Assembly (NCBI GenBank): GCA_002009975.1
Contig: MTLP01000012.1
Location: 64,001 to 128,000 of the forward strand
Source of the DNA: Thermococcus sp. JdFR-02
GTDB taxonomy: Archaea; Methanobacteriota_B; Thermococci; Thermococcales; Thermococcaceae
Direction: 5' to 3'
DNA length: 64,000 nucleotides
This document shows positions 28,414 to 38,229 of the stretch, one piece after another. Below the pieces are notes generated by a model. The model was not told the DNA's origin, ran no database searches, and saw nothing but the letters and a program-made list of their open reading frames with translations. The position numbers and the translations under genes were made by a program. How positions within the stretch are numbered: the first letter of the stretch is position 1; every line of letters begins with the position of its first letter.

Positions 28414-30105
28414 TTAATTTGTTACAATTTTTATTCCACCGATTTCATAACTGCTCTTACCTTGCCATGCTCCACTTCCTCCCCCATTTATTATCCAATC
28501 GTTCGGGTCAATTATGACCTTTTCAGGCTTATTTTTAAGTTCGAATGTTAAAGTTGCATTCTTATCAACGAATACCCTTTTCAAATAGCTTTTTCCTTGA
28601 GAATCAACAACTTTCACTTCTAATGGCATTTTGAAACCATTTGTTTCCACTATTTGAAGAGTTAAGAAATATTTTCCATCTTTTTGCTCTAAGGTTGCAT
28701 TAGAGACTTCAAAATTGGGATAGCCCGTTTTATAAAACCACTCATCAAAGAACCATTCTAGGCTTTGATTCGAAACTTTCTCAAAAATCTTCTGGATTTG
28801 CTTTAAAGTTGTCATGGTGTCTTGGGCACAATCATTTAGATGACAGTATTCCAGTAGCTCCCTCATTCCTTTGAAGAATGTTTCATTTCCCAAAACAAAC
28901 TGCAAAGAGCGGAAAACAAAAGCATTTTTATAATATAAGGCAATCATATTTTCTCCATTGTTTTCCTTAATTTCTGCAATTGGAGTTCTATCCGTTGAAC
29001 TCAAGCATTTTCTTTCAATATCATCGTATTGAGTTAAATTATTCTCATAAAGCAGGACGGCATAGGTAGCTATTCCCTCATGTATTGGGTAAAGATTGGC
29101 ATAAACACCAAACCAGTTATGTGCTGTCTCATGGGCAATCAACGGAATGTAAAACTGAGTTGCTATTATTCCCCCATCTAGTCCATGCCCCCTGTACTTA
29201 CTCTTTGAGTACTTGATCTGTATATAAAAGTATTCGTCGTTGGGATAAGGCATAAAAACCTTTGAGTAAAAACGTAGGATATCTTTGATATTCTGCAAAA
29301 CCCATTCACCTTCATCTGTGAGAGCAATTATCTTAACGGTTCTGTTTCCAATTTTCATGCTCTCTTCATAGAGGTTCCACTTTCCGAATATTAAATAGAA
29401 ATCGTTTAGGTTTTCTTTTTCAAAGCTTCCATTGTAGAGTAAGGGCTTAAATCTCCAGATCTCTGATTGAAATGGCTGATCCAGTATGATGAGGGTGTAA
29501 TCTTTTGGATAATCGATCCTAACATTAACCCTCTCTTTGTCACTTTGTAAATTATTCCAGATAGTAAAGTATCTTTTTGGAATATAGATATGCAAGGAAT
29601 TTTGACTTAAATGACGGTCTAGATAGCTTTTTGGTTTCTCACGGAAAGGATTGTATCTCACTTTAAAATGAACTTCAACAGTTACAGTTTTGACTTTTGG
29701 GGTTATGTTAAGCAAGATTAGTCTATTTTCTTTGTCTTTAAATCCACTATATGTAGCTGAAGCATTATACACCATAATTTTATCAACCTGCTTAAAATCT
29801 TCAAAAAGGATTGGATATAATGCAGAATGATTCAGGGGGAAAGTGATCCTCTCAGTTCCTACAATTGAGACATGATTGTCGTCTATACTGATATTTAAGA
29901 GATAGTGATAAGAGGCATAGGACGTAAAAAGCTTATTTCCCTGATAAAGTTCATCTAACTTTTCTTTTTCTGTTTTTTGAAAAGTTATCTCTTGAGTAAG
30001 ATTCTCTATTATTAAAACGCTTTTTGGATTTGCTTTGTTCAAAACAAAAGCATAAGAAAAGAGTGTTATAGTGATCATCATGACTAAAAGTATAAACTTT
30101 TTCAT
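28414..30105 (-). CDS. Secreted or membrane-anchored M1-family (gluzincin) aminopeptidase-like protein
   Basis: AHETAHNWFG...HEGIATY zinc motif, YYKNA, WFFDEWFYKTGYP. N-terminal hydrophobic segment. Confidence 0.85.
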   Translation of the reverse strand: MKKFILLVMMITITLFSYAFVLNKANPKSVLIIENLTQEITFQKTEKEKLDELYQGNKLFTSYASYHYLLNISIDDNHVSIVGTERITFPLNHSALYPILFEDFKQVDKIMVYNASATYSGFKDKENRLILLNITPKVKTVTVEVHFKVRYNPFREKPKSYLDRHLSQNSLHIYIPKRYFTIWNNLQSDKERVNVRIDYPKDYTLIILDQPFQSEIWRFKPLLYNGSFEKENLNDFYLIFGKWNLYEESMKIGNRTVKIIALTDEGEWVLQNIKDILRFYSKVFMPYPNDEYFYIQIKYSKSKYRGHGLDGGIIATQFYIPLIAHETAHNWFGVYANLYPIHEGIATYAVLLYENNLTQYDDIERKCLSSTDRTPIAEIKENNGENMIALYYKNAFVFRSLQFVLGNETFFKGMRELLEYCHLNDCAQDTMTTLKQIQKIFEKVSNQSLEWFFDEWFYKTGYPNFEVSNATLEQKDGKYFLTLQIVETNGFKMPLEVKVVDSQGKSYLKRVFVDKNATLTFELKNKPEKVIIDPNDWIINGGGSGAWQGKSSYEIGGIKIVTN

Positions 30106-30195
30106 GATTACCACCATTGATGGATTTTTATTCACTACATTATCATGTGATAAAATTTTTAAAATTTTCCATTAAAAGAGAAGAAATTCACAAAT

Positions 30196-31098
30196 TTAAA
30201 TTTTAAAGTTTACTGGCTCATCTAAATGCCAAATTCTGCAAAAGGCGCATCTTTCACCTTGAGTTGGCATTCCGCATACCTTGCATTCATTTAGGGGAAT
30301 CTCTTTAAGCTCAACTTCAAATAGGGACTTTTTCCTCAAAAAGCCTTTAATGAAGTTTATCTTTGTTCCAGGGCTTTTTTCTTCCATTTGATTTAAAATC
30401 TGCTTGTAACTTAACGTTGTTGCACCTCTTGAAAATGGGCACTCTTCGATTATGTATTCAATTCCAACGGCTAGAGCATAAGCTACAACTTCCCTCTCCG
30501 TAAGCTCATAGAGGGGTTTAACTTTCTTTACAAATTTGCCTTCACCTGGCAAAATTGGTCCTTGCTTCCCCAGATACTCTGTATTCCAGTGCATAATATT
30601 GCCAAAGATAAACGAAGCTTCATCATCTAAGTTATGTCCTGTTGCAATAGCATCAAAGCCGTTTTCATAGGCAAATTTGTTGAAGATGTAGCGCTTGGTT
30701 ATTCCACAAATTGAGCAGGTTGGTCTAGAGCCTTTTATCTCTCCCACGCCTTTTCCTAAAAGCTCCCTAACCCTAACTATGTGCAAAGGAATGCTCATTT
30801 GCTTGCATTGTTTTCTTGCATATTCTTCGCTCTTTTGGGAGTATTCTCCAATTCCCAGGTTTATGTGTAAGCATTCTACATTATAGCCAAGCTTTTTGAG
30901 AACGTAAGCTGTTACAGCAGAATCTTTTCCACCACTAACAACGACTAAAATTCTCTCATTCGGCTTTAACAGCTTGTATTTTTTAATTGTTCTCTCAACT
31001 TTACGCTCAAAATAAGCGATAAAGTGCTCTTCACAGAGGAGCATCTTTGGATAATGTAAGCGTATATATGCATCTTTCTCACAGAATTTACACCTCAT
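30196..31098 (-). CDS. ttuA: tRNA 2-thiouridine sulfurtransferase TtuA/NcsA family
   Basis: N-terminal CKFC...CEEH, VSGGKDS, CSIC, TGHNLDDE, ECP, C-terminal CKVCG...CAFC. Confidence 0.88.
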   Translation of the reverse strand: MRCKFCEKDAYIRLHYPKMLLCEEHFIAYFERKVERTIKKYKLLKPNERILVVVSGGKDSAVTAYVLKKLGYNVECLHINLGIGEYSQKSEEYARKQCKQMSIPLHIVRVRELLGKGVGEIKGSRPTCSICGITKRYIFNKFAYENGFDAIATGHNLDDEASFIFGNIMHWNTEYLGKQGPILPGEGKFVKKVKPLYELTEREVVAYALAVGIEYIIEECPFSRGATTLSYKQILNQMEEKSPGTKINFIKGFLRKKSLFEVELKEIPLNECKVCGMPTQGERCAFCRIWHLDEPVNFKI

Positions 31099-31147
31099 GA
31101 TCTCACCCTAAGGGAAAGAGGAAAAAGAATTTAAAAAGATTATTAAC

Positions 31148-32611
31148 TTAACTCTCAAGTTTTTCTATAGTTTCTTTCCAGTTTCCATGCTTTTTAAATT
31201 CTCTATCTGTATAAAGTCCCTCTTTCTTTAGAATTCCTCTTGCTGCGAGTATTCCCGTTGCTGCTGCATTCACAATATCTCTTGAAAGTCCAGCACCGTC
31301 TCCGGCTGCAAAAATGTTTTCTATGCTTGTTTCTAGGTTCTTATTAACCTCTACTTTCATCGCATAGTACTTAATCTCGGGGGCATAAAGCAATGTATGA
31401 TCACTTGCAACTCCGGGCAATACTTTGTCTAGCTTTTCAAGACCCTCAATTATGTTTGTGACGACTCTATGTGGAAGAGCCATTGCAATATCTCCTGGCG
31501 TGACGTGTCTCAACGTTGGTTCTACATCGCTCTTTCTAATCCTCGACCAAGTGCTTCTCCTTCCTCTTCTTAAATCACCGAGCCTTTGCAACAAAGGCTT
31601 TCCTCCTCCTATTGTTGTTGCCAATTGGGCTATGCTTTTTCCATAAGCAGTTGTATCTTCAACAGGCTCGGTAAGCTCAATTCTTGTTAAGAAGGCAAAG
31701 TTGGTGTTGTTGCTCTTTCTTTCTCTCATTGAGTGTCCGTTTACACCCACATAGCTATCATATTTTTCTTCTACAACGAAACCGTTTGGGTTTGCGCAGA
31801 ATGTCCTAACGAAATCATCATACGTGTCTGTGTAAATGTGGAACTTTGGATCATGATTTATGCTCGTTATTGGTTCCATAACTATTGCTGGAACTTCAAC
31901 CCTAACCCCGACATCGATTGGACCGTGTCTTGCTTTAAGCCCAATTTTTTGAGCAACGTCATGGAACCAATCCGCGCCTCCTCTTCCAGGGGCGACTATT
32001 ATGTACTTGGTTTTTATTGTGAAAACAGTCTTACCTTTTTTTACAACGAGTTCACCTTGTTTAAACTCCTCTACTCTTGTCCAGAGCAGGAAGTTGACTC
32101 CCTTGCTCTCCAAATATTGTTTTATGGATTTTATGACTTCTCCAGTATGATCTGAGCCAATATGCCTTTGAATTATTGGGATGAACTTGACTCCAGCTTG
32201 AGCAGCTTTCCTTTCCCAATGCTTTATTTGATCCTCATCTCCTTTGAAGAGGTTTCTTGGTGCACCATGCTTTAGCAATATTTGATCAACTTCCCAAACG
32301 AGTTGCCAAGAATAGTTTTCATCATGAGTTAACTCGGTCAAATCTCCTCCAATGTCAGGTCTTAGGTTTATCGTTCCATCGCTTAAACCGCCAGCTCCAC
32401 CAACGCCGCTCATTATATGACATGGTTTACAACCAACACAGTAGCCAAGCTCGTACATTGGACAGATTCTTTGATCAACATCTCCACCTTCATCTATCAC
32501 TAAAACTTTAAAATCGCTCTTTTCTGCTAGTTCATAAGCTGCAAAAAGTCCTGCTGGTCCTGCTCCAACAATAACAACGTCAAATTTCTCATTTTCATAG
32601 AATTGACTCAT
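31148..32611 (-). CDS. FAD-dependent oxidoreductase (COG2509-like)
   Basis: GAGPAG, GVGGAGGLSDG, RHIGSD, VRTFCANP, VNGHS, AAGDGAG. Confidence 0.88.
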   Translation of the reverse strand: MSQFYENEKFDVVIVGAGPAGLFAAYELAEKSDFKVLVIDEGGDVDQRICPMYELGYCVGCKPCHIMSGVGGAGGLSDGTINLRPDIGGDLTELTHDENYSWQLVWEVDQILLKHGAPRNLFKGDEDQIKHWERKAAQAGVKFIPIIQRHIGSDHTGEVIKSIKQYLESKGVNFLLWTRVEEFKQGELVVKKGKTVFTIKTKYIIVAPGRGGADWFHDVAQKIGLKARHGPIDVGVRVEVPAIVMEPITSINHDPKFHIYTDTYDDFVRTFCANPNGFVVEEKYDSYVGVNGHSMRERKSNNTNFAFLTRIELTEPVEDTTAYGKSIAQLATTIGGGKPLLQRLGDLRRGRRSTWSRIRKSDVEPTLRHVTPGDIAMALPHRVVTNIIEGLEKLDKVLPGVASDHTLLYAPEIKYYAMKVEVNKNLETSIENIFAAGDGAGLSRDIVNAAATGILAARGILKKEGLYTDREFKKHGNWKETIEKLES

Positions 32612-32692
32612 TATTTCCCTTACCAAGATTTGAGTGTATCTATTTATAAATATTACTGTTTCAGAAATGAATTTTTGCCAATTTTGTGTTTA

Positions 32693-33916
32693 TTATTCGA
32701 TATATCTCAAAGCTTCTACTGGGCTTAGATCTGATGCTTTCTTAGCTGGATACAAGCTTGAGAGTATTCCGATAGCCAAGGTAATTAGAAATGCTACTAA
32801 AATTACATATTTGTCAATTATGGGTGGTGGAAGGATTTGTCCCCTTTGTTCAAATATCCATACTACAAATTTTGCAGCACCGATTCCAAAGGCAAAGCCA
32901 AGAATTCCACCTATTACTGTTAAAACAAGCCCTTCGATAAGTATCATTTTTAAAACGAAGCTCTTTTTTGCACCTATTGCTCTGTAAGTTCCAATTTCTC
33001 TTGTTCTCTCCATCACTGAGGTTAACAGAGTGTTCATAACACCTAAGGCTCCAACAAATAAAGCTATACTTCCTATTCCAATTAACAGATTGTGCATTAT
33101 TTTTCTAATTAGAAGCACAACTTCGATGCTTTGCTTTGCAGTAACAACAGTCACTCCCCCAACTTTTTTCTCTATGTCTTTTTTGACTTCATCAATGAAA
33201 TTTACATCATCAACCCAAACTTCAATCATGCTGATTTTTCCTTCCTCATGGAAAAGCTCTTGAGCAGTGTCTAACGGTATTGCAACTATCATATCCAGGA
33301 AACCTGCTAAGAATGATTGACCTATCTCTTCAAAGTTTCCAATAACTTTAAATTCCCATGCTTTTCCGTTCTCGTCGTAGATTATTATCTTATCTCCCGG
33401 TCGTATATCCCAATTAACTGAGGAACCACCGGGACCCATGAACTTTCCATGTGCTAGCAAATAACCTAACACCGCCTTATATCTATCGTTTTTCCTGAGG
33501 AATGCCCCCCTTTCTACATCCATACCTCTTAAAGCATAGAACTTTTCCGCTTTTTTTGGGTCAAGTCCCATTATTGAAAGCTCCACTAAGAGGTCTTCAT
33601 AATAAACAGTTGAAAATTTAAAGAGAATGGGATTTACGGCTTGAACGTGATTAATTTTTTCTATTTTGTCAACTATGCTCTCATCCATGGTGCTTGTTGC
33701 AACCCTTACAATTGAGATGCTCATACCGGGAAGTACCAATAAAACGTTGCTCGTGCTTTCAAGCTGTTCCCTTACAACCTCATTTGAACCTTGTGTGATC
33801 GAAACCAAAGCGGTAACTGAGCCAACTGCTATTACTATTCCTAACATTGTGAAGAACGTCCTTATTTTACGCCTTACCAAGTTTCTCAAGGATATCTTTA
33901 TAAGTTCACTAAGCAC
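32693..33916 (-). CDS. MacB/FtsX-type ABC transporter permease
   Basis: RTFFTMLGIVIAV, GVMNTLLTSVMERTREIG, YPAKKASDLSPVEALR. Confidence 0.92.
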   Translation of the reverse strand: MLSELIKISLRNLVRRKIRTFFTMLGIVIAVGSVTALVSITQGSNEVVREQLESTSNVLLVLPGMSISIVRVATSTMDESIVDKIEKINHVQAVNPILFKFSTVYYEDLLVELSIMGLDPKKAEKFYALRGMDVERGAFLRKNDRYKAVLGYLLAHGKFMGPGGSSVNWDIRPGDKIIIYDENGKAWEFKVIGNFEEIGQSFLAGFLDMIVAIPLDTAQELFHEEGKISMIEVWVDDVNFIDEVKKDIEKKVGGVTVVTAKQSIEVVLLIRKIMHNLLIGIGSIALFVGALGVMNTLLTSVMERTREIGTYRAIGAKKSFVLKMILIEGLVLTVIGGILGFAFGIGAAKFVVWIFEQRGQILPPPIIDKYVILVAFLITLAIGILSSLYPAKKASDLSPVEALRYIE

Positions 33917-35738
33917 CTTTCCTCCTCCATAGGATAATCATGAAAAGAATCAATGCAACTCCTCCAATTGCATAATAGAAATAGTTTGGCTTTTCTTTAT
34001 AGACAAGAGTTTGAGGAATTCTAATCGTCAAGTTTCTTTCAAACTCCTTTTCTCTGCCCTTCTCGTCCTTATAATAAACTTTTGCGTGAATCGTATACTC
34101 TCCCTTTTGGAGGGTTGTGTTTAGTATACTGTATGTTACACTATCATAATCTCTTCCTGCTATACTCCCTACGTATCTTTGGCCTATTGGGAAAAGCTCC
34201 AGATCATTTGAAGTTACATCAATTGTGACGCTTCTTGCGGTGTCTTTACCTTCGTTCACGATGTAAACTTCAAAGTTGTATTTTCCACCGCTTTCCCAGA
34301 TATTTCCTATGTAAAGGCTCAACAGTGGATAGGAGCTGACCTCAACCCCAAACATTGACTCCTCTTTGTAAGATACACCGTTCTCGTCTTCATACGTTAC
34401 TACCACATAAAGCGGATAAATGCCTCTAGATATGAGTCCAATTCTGAAATAAGCTTCCCCTTCAGCCACTTCTTTAATTTCGTTAAAATATAACATGCTT
34501 TGCTTGCTTATTGGAAATATCTTTGTCTCCTCTGGCATTTCTGGGGAAGATGGGTAAGGGTACATTGTCGCTGTTTTACCTTCTTCGGGCTTTTCAGTTA
34601 AAATGCTAACCTTTACATGCTTTGCTGGAGAGTTTCCAATGTTTCTAATCTTTATTCTCACGGTGAAGTTTGAATCTGGCTCAACAACCTCAGGAATTAT
34701 TTTAAACTCTTCAATAACTATCTTTGGTCTTATCTTATCAACGACAGGTATTCCAACTTGAATGTCTTTGCTCTTCTTTGCCCCTTCTTCATCTTGATAT
34801 TCTAATCTGATGTACAGAGGATAAACATCTTCTCTAAGGTTCTTTGAAGAAATCAAGGTGAATGTTACTTTTTTCTCTTCATTTGGAGTTAGAGATTCGA
34901 TGTATTTTATTGGGCTTTCCCTATAGGCAGCAAAAGGTAGGGATGATTCAAATTCTGGAACTGTTATTGTTGGAATGACTGTCTGCACCTCCTCTGTCTT
35001 AACTTGCTCTTTTGAATACAAATAAACTGTAATAAACCTCGCATCTTTGTTTCCAACGTTCCTTAATGTTATCGTTAAAGTGAATGGAGAGCCTATCTCA
35101 ACTTCCTCAAAATCGATTTTTTCAATGCTTATTTCTGCACCCCTAATTATTGCATATCTTGCGTATTTGGGAGCTTTCAGCTTTAGCTTTACGGTCTTAT
35201 TCGTTATGTTTTCAACATAGATTGAAAGTTCGTTCCAATAGTAATAACCTGTTCCAAAGTAACGATAGTCCATCTTCTTATCCTTTTCATATCTAGCTAA
35301 GAATGTGTTATTTTGAATTTCAACAATCGAAAATGCTATTGGACCGTATCTAAAAATGCTTCTCTCGTGAGCATCTCCATAAAACACTTCAACAGCTTTT
35401 GAATAAATCCTTATCAAAGCTCTTGGATTCTCTTCGAGTGTTATAACAACGAGCTTAATCTTGACATCTTTGTATTGGTACTCTTCTCCCCTGGCTAAAC
35501 TAAATTCTTTTTCCTCAAATTCAACGTTGTCTCTAATTTTAAAAAGAGCCCTCTCTCCAACACTTCCTGGGTTTAAGATATCTTTAAGAATCAAGGTATA
35601 ATTTCCAAAGGTTAAAACATCTCCAATCCCCAAATATCCCGAAAAAGTTAGTAGATATTCTTCACTTTCCTCCTCAGCGCCGATCACAATATTTGAGGTA
35701 AGTAGCATTAATATAATTAACATTACGATTCTTTTCAT
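33909..35738 (-). CDS. COG1361 S-layer-domain/Ig-like surface protein
   Basis: Signal peptide, repeated xNVG..A..V and G.YPL.....Y.D units, C-terminal TM plus basic tail. Confidence 0.8.
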   Translation of the reverse strand: MKRIVMLIILMLLTSNIVIGAEEESEEYLLTFSGYLGIGDVLTFGNYTLILKDILNPGSVGERALFKIRDNVEFEEKEFSLARGEEYQYKDVKIKLVVITLEENPRALIRIYSKAVEVFYGDAHERSIFRYGPIAFSIVEIQNNTFLARYEKDKKMDYRYFGTGYYYWNELSIYVENITNKTVKLKLKAPKYARYAIIRGAEISIEKIDFEEVEIGSPFTLTITLRNVGNKDARFITVYLYSKEQVKTEEVQTVIPTITVPEFESSLPFAAYRESPIKYIESLTPNEEKKVTFTLISSKNLREDVYPLYIRLEYQDEEGAKKSKDIQVGIPVVDKIRPKIVIEEFKIIPEVVEPDSNFTVRIKIRNIGNSPAKHVKVSILTEKPEEGKTATMYPYPSSPEMPEETKIFPISKQSMLYFNEIKEVAEGEAYFRIGLISRGIYPLYVVVTYEDENGVSYKEESMFGVEVSSYPLLSLYIGNIWESGGKYNFEVYIVNEGKDTARSVTIDVTSNDLELFPIGQRYVGSIAGRDYDSVTYSILNTTLQKGEYTIHAKVYYKDEKGREKEFERNLTIRIPQTLVYKEKPNYFYYAIGGVALILFMIILWRRKGA

Positions 35739-36427
35739 GTTCTCACCTCATATAGCAAGCCGTCTCTGATTTGAAGAATTCTCCCAGCTTCTTGTGCTAC
35801 TTCAACATCGTGGGTTACTATTACAAATGTAGTCCCATTTTCTATGTTTATCCTCTTCATTAGGGCTATTATTTCTTTCGATGTTTGCGTATCCAGATTT
35901 CCAGTTGGTTCATCTGCTAGAACTATGCTTGGATTGTTTGCCAAAGCTCTTGCTATAGCTACTCTCTGCTGCTGCCCTCCACTTAGCTCGTTTGGTTTAT
36001 GATCCATAAATTTTTCTAATCCAACAGCTTTTAAGAGATCCTTTGCTCTTCTAATTCTTTCTTTCTTTGGCACTCCAGCTAAGGTCATTGGTAGCTCAAC
36101 ATTCTCTAAAGCGGTTAAAATCGGAACTAGATTGTAATATTGAAAGACAAATCCAATCTTTCTCAATCTAATTTCTGAAAGCTGATTATCGTTTAAATTG
36201 CTGACATCTACACCATCAATGTAAATTTTTCCGCTTGTTGGCCTATCCAAAAGTCCGAGCATGTTTAGAAGGGTTGTTTTTCCACTTCCACTGGGACCTA
36301 ATATAGCTACAAACTCTCCTTCATAAATCTTTAAATTAATGCCTCTAAGTGCAGGAACAACTATCTTTCTTCCAATGTAATAGTTTTTCTTCAACTCCTT
36401 TGTTTCAAGGACTACTCTACGCTCCAT
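35735..36427 (-). CDS. LolD/MacB-type ABC ATP-binding protein
   Basis: GPSGSGKT, LSGGQQQRVAIARAL, LADEPTGNLD, VTHD. Confidence 0.94.
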   Translation of the reverse strand: MERRVVLETKELKKNYYIGRKIVVPALRGINLKIYEGEFVAILGPSGSGKTTLLNMLGLLDRPTSGKIYIDGVDVSNLNDNQLSEIRLRKIGFVFQYYNLVPILTALENVELPMTLAGVPKKERIRRAKDLLKAVGLEKFMDHKPNELSGGQQQRVAIARALANNPSIVLADEPTGNLDTQTSKEIIALMKRINIENGTTFVIVTHDVEVAQEAGRILQIRDGLLYEVRT

Positions 36428-36524
36428 GGCAAAAGTTATTATGTTTGCTCGGTTTATAGCTTATTCGATGGAAAGTTAATAAAGTCTAAATAGTTCAAAT
36501 GCGTAGTATAAATTGGTGGTATAA

Positions 36525-37367
36525 ATGTTTGAAAAAATTCTGTTTCCAACAGATTTTTCTGATGTATCTCTGCACGCTCTGAGAAATTGCATCCCTAAAT
36601 TTTTTGAATTAGGTGCTAAAAAGCTCTATTTGATTCACATAGTGGATATAACTGCAACTGATATCGAAGCCCTTGAATTGGTAAAAATTGATGAAGAACA
36701 TATAAACAGGCTTGCTGACGAACTCAGAGCAAAGGGCATAGATGTTGAGACTGTAGTAAAGCTTGGAATTCCTTCAATTGAGATCGCGGATATTGCAAAG
36801 GAAAAGGATGTTGATCTTATCCTAAGTCCCTCTAAGGGTGAGAACATTCTAAGGCAGATGTTCCTTGGAAGTACAGCATCAAATCTCGTAAGGGCAACAA
36901 AAAAACCAGTTTTAATAATCAGATATGAATGGGATGAGGAAAAGAAGGAAATCAAGTGCATAACTGATTGTGAAAAACTTTTTGAAAAACCATTAGTCGC
37001 ATTGGATTTCTCTTCATGCTCTCTTAGAATAATGGAAGTCGTCAAGAAGTTTGAAGAATTGTCAAAGAGGGGAATTCTTCTTCATGTGGTTGATTATGGA
37101 AAGATTGATGAGCTTGAGAGAAACATGGAGAAAGCAAAGCTTCAGCTTGAGAGATATGAAAAAATTGTGAAGTTTCCAGTGGAAAAAGAAGTCCTTGCAG
37201 GTGTTGCTTCTCAAAGCATCATAAGCATATCCTTGGCAAAAGAAGCAACTTTAATAGTAATGGGTAAAAAAGGTAGGAGTGTTCTAAAAGAGTTATTGCT
37301 TGGAAGCACAGCGGAGAGGGTTATAAGGGACGCGAAACTTCCAGTCCTCTTAGTTCCTTGTGAATGA
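36525..37367 (+). CDS. Universal stress protein with tandem USP domains
   Basis: KILFPTDFS and VALDFS; two LGSTA...PVL motifs. Confidence 0.93.
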   Translation: MFEKILFPTDFSDVSLHALRNCIPKFFELGAKKLYLIHIVDITATDIEALELVKIDEEHINRLADELRAKGIDVETVVKLGIPSIEIADIAKEKDVDLILSPSKGENILRQMFLGSTASNLVRATKKPVLIIRYEWDEEKKEIKCITDCEKLFEKPLVALDFSSCSLRIMEVVKKFEELSKRGILLHVVDYGKIDELERNMEKAKLQLERYEKIVKFPVEKEVLAGVASQSIISISLAKEATLIVMGKKGRSVLKELLLGSTAERVIRDAKLPVLLVPCE

Positions 37368-37380
37368 TTTTATTTTTTCT

Positions 37381-37443
37381 AACCTCAGACTGGAGCGACT
37401 TCCACATCAATTTCGGTAGCTACCCTGATAGTCATCACAGGTT
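37381..37443 (-). ncRNA. C/D box sRNA (sRNA3)
   Basis: Reverse complement reads AACCT GTGATGA CTATCAGGGTAGCTA CCGA AA TTGATGT GGAAGTCGCTCCAGT CTGA GGTT, giving C, D', C', D boxes and an AACC/GGTT terminal stem. Confidence 0.9.
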
Positions 37444-37467
37444 ATAGAGAATTAAGTTGCTTAGGTT

Positions 37468-38013
37468 TTAAAGTTTTTTAATTTTCCTTTTGTAGAGTGA
37501 ATTTCCATGCGAATCCATAGCAACAACTAATGGTAGATTTTCAACCTCAAGAACCCAAACAGCTTCAGGAATTCCCAATTCTTCAAGCCAGTAAACATTT
37601 ACAACTTTCTTAATGCTTTTAGCCGCTAAAGCCCCGGCACCACCAGTAAATGCAAAATAAACTCCTTTGTACTTTTTTAGAACTTTTAATGTTCTCTCTC
37701 CCATTCCGCCCTTGCCGATGACTCCCTTTACACCCAAAGCTAGGATTTCTTCACTATATCCTTCCATTCTCGCGCTTGTTGTAGGTCCAGCCGAGACTAT
37801 CTCATATCCTTGAGGAGTTTTTTTGACTACAGGACCGCAATGATAAATTACAGCCCCTTTTAGGTTAAAAGGAAGCTTATCTCTTCTGGCAAGCTCTATG
37901 ATTTTTTTATGCGCTAAGTCCCTTGCTGTATAAATTGTACCTGAAAGATTAACTATATCGCCAGCTTTGAGCTTTAAAACATCTTTTTCGTGCAGAGGGG
38001 TTTTTAAATTCAT
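37468..38013 (-). CDS. Fe-S hydro-lyase beta subunit (class I fumarate hydratase/tartrate dehydratase)
   Basis: IYTARDLAH, YHCGP, SAGPTTSARM, IGKGGM, LGIPEAVW, MDSHGNSLY. Confidence 0.92.
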   Translation of the reverse strand: MNLKTPLHEKDVLKLKAGDIVNLSGTIYTARDLAHKKIIELARRDKLPFNLKGAVIYHCGPVVKKTPQGYEIVSAGPTTSARMEGYSEEILALGVKGVIGKGGMGERTLKVLKKYKGVYFAFTGGAGALAAKSIKKVVNVYWLEELGIPEAVWVLEVENLPLVVAMDSHGNSLYKRKIKKL

Positions 38014-38076
38014 GACATCACCACCTTTGCGGGCTGGAAGCTTCGCCGTTCACGGCGAGGAGGAAAGCCCGTGAAG

Positions 38077-38084
38077 TTTATATA
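38077..38084 (+). promoter_or_regulatory. TATA box inside the element
   Basis: GTGAAG-TTTATATA. Predicted start near 38107-38108 (C/G initiator). Confidence 0.6.
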
Positions 38085-38107
38085 CCTCATTTTCCATTCC
38101 TCCTTTC

Positions 38108-38228
38108 GATGATGCCCAACGGTATATCCGTTTGGAGGAGGGCTCTCTGACCGAGCTGTATGAGGTCTACCGCAACCGAAGTTCCCATGTTGGGAACCTC
38201 CCGCCCTTCAGAGCGGGAAGGAGGTCAG
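38108..38228 (+). ncRNA. TnpB omega/reRNA-like (HgcC/sotRNA-like) structured RNA
   Basis: Four hairpins: AACGG/CCGTT, GCTC/GAGC, GTTCCCA/TGGGAAC, CCCGC/GCGGG. Loop CTGACC (38147-52) is complementary to terminal GGTCAG (38223-28), forming a pseudoknot. Confidence 0.65.
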
Positions 38229-38229
38229 C

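Larger units (their letters stand above)
38026..38228 (+). mobile_element. Non-autonomous IS200/IS605-family element (no ORF) with left- and right-end hairpins
   Basis: GC-rich island in AT-rich DNA. Left hairpin GAAGCTTCGCCGTTCACGGCGAGGAGGA and right hairpin GAACCTCCCGCCCTTCAGAGCGGGAAGGAGGTCAG resemble each other and IS605/IS1341 ends. No terminal inverted repeats or target-site duplication. Confidence 0.75.

Noticed and set aside
38108-38165. Reading GATGATG...CTGA inside the mini-element as a C/D box sRNA
   Set aside because: The C box is imperfect, there is no proper D'/C' pair, and the would-be guides are locked in hairpins. The CTGACC is better explained as the pseudoknot loop.
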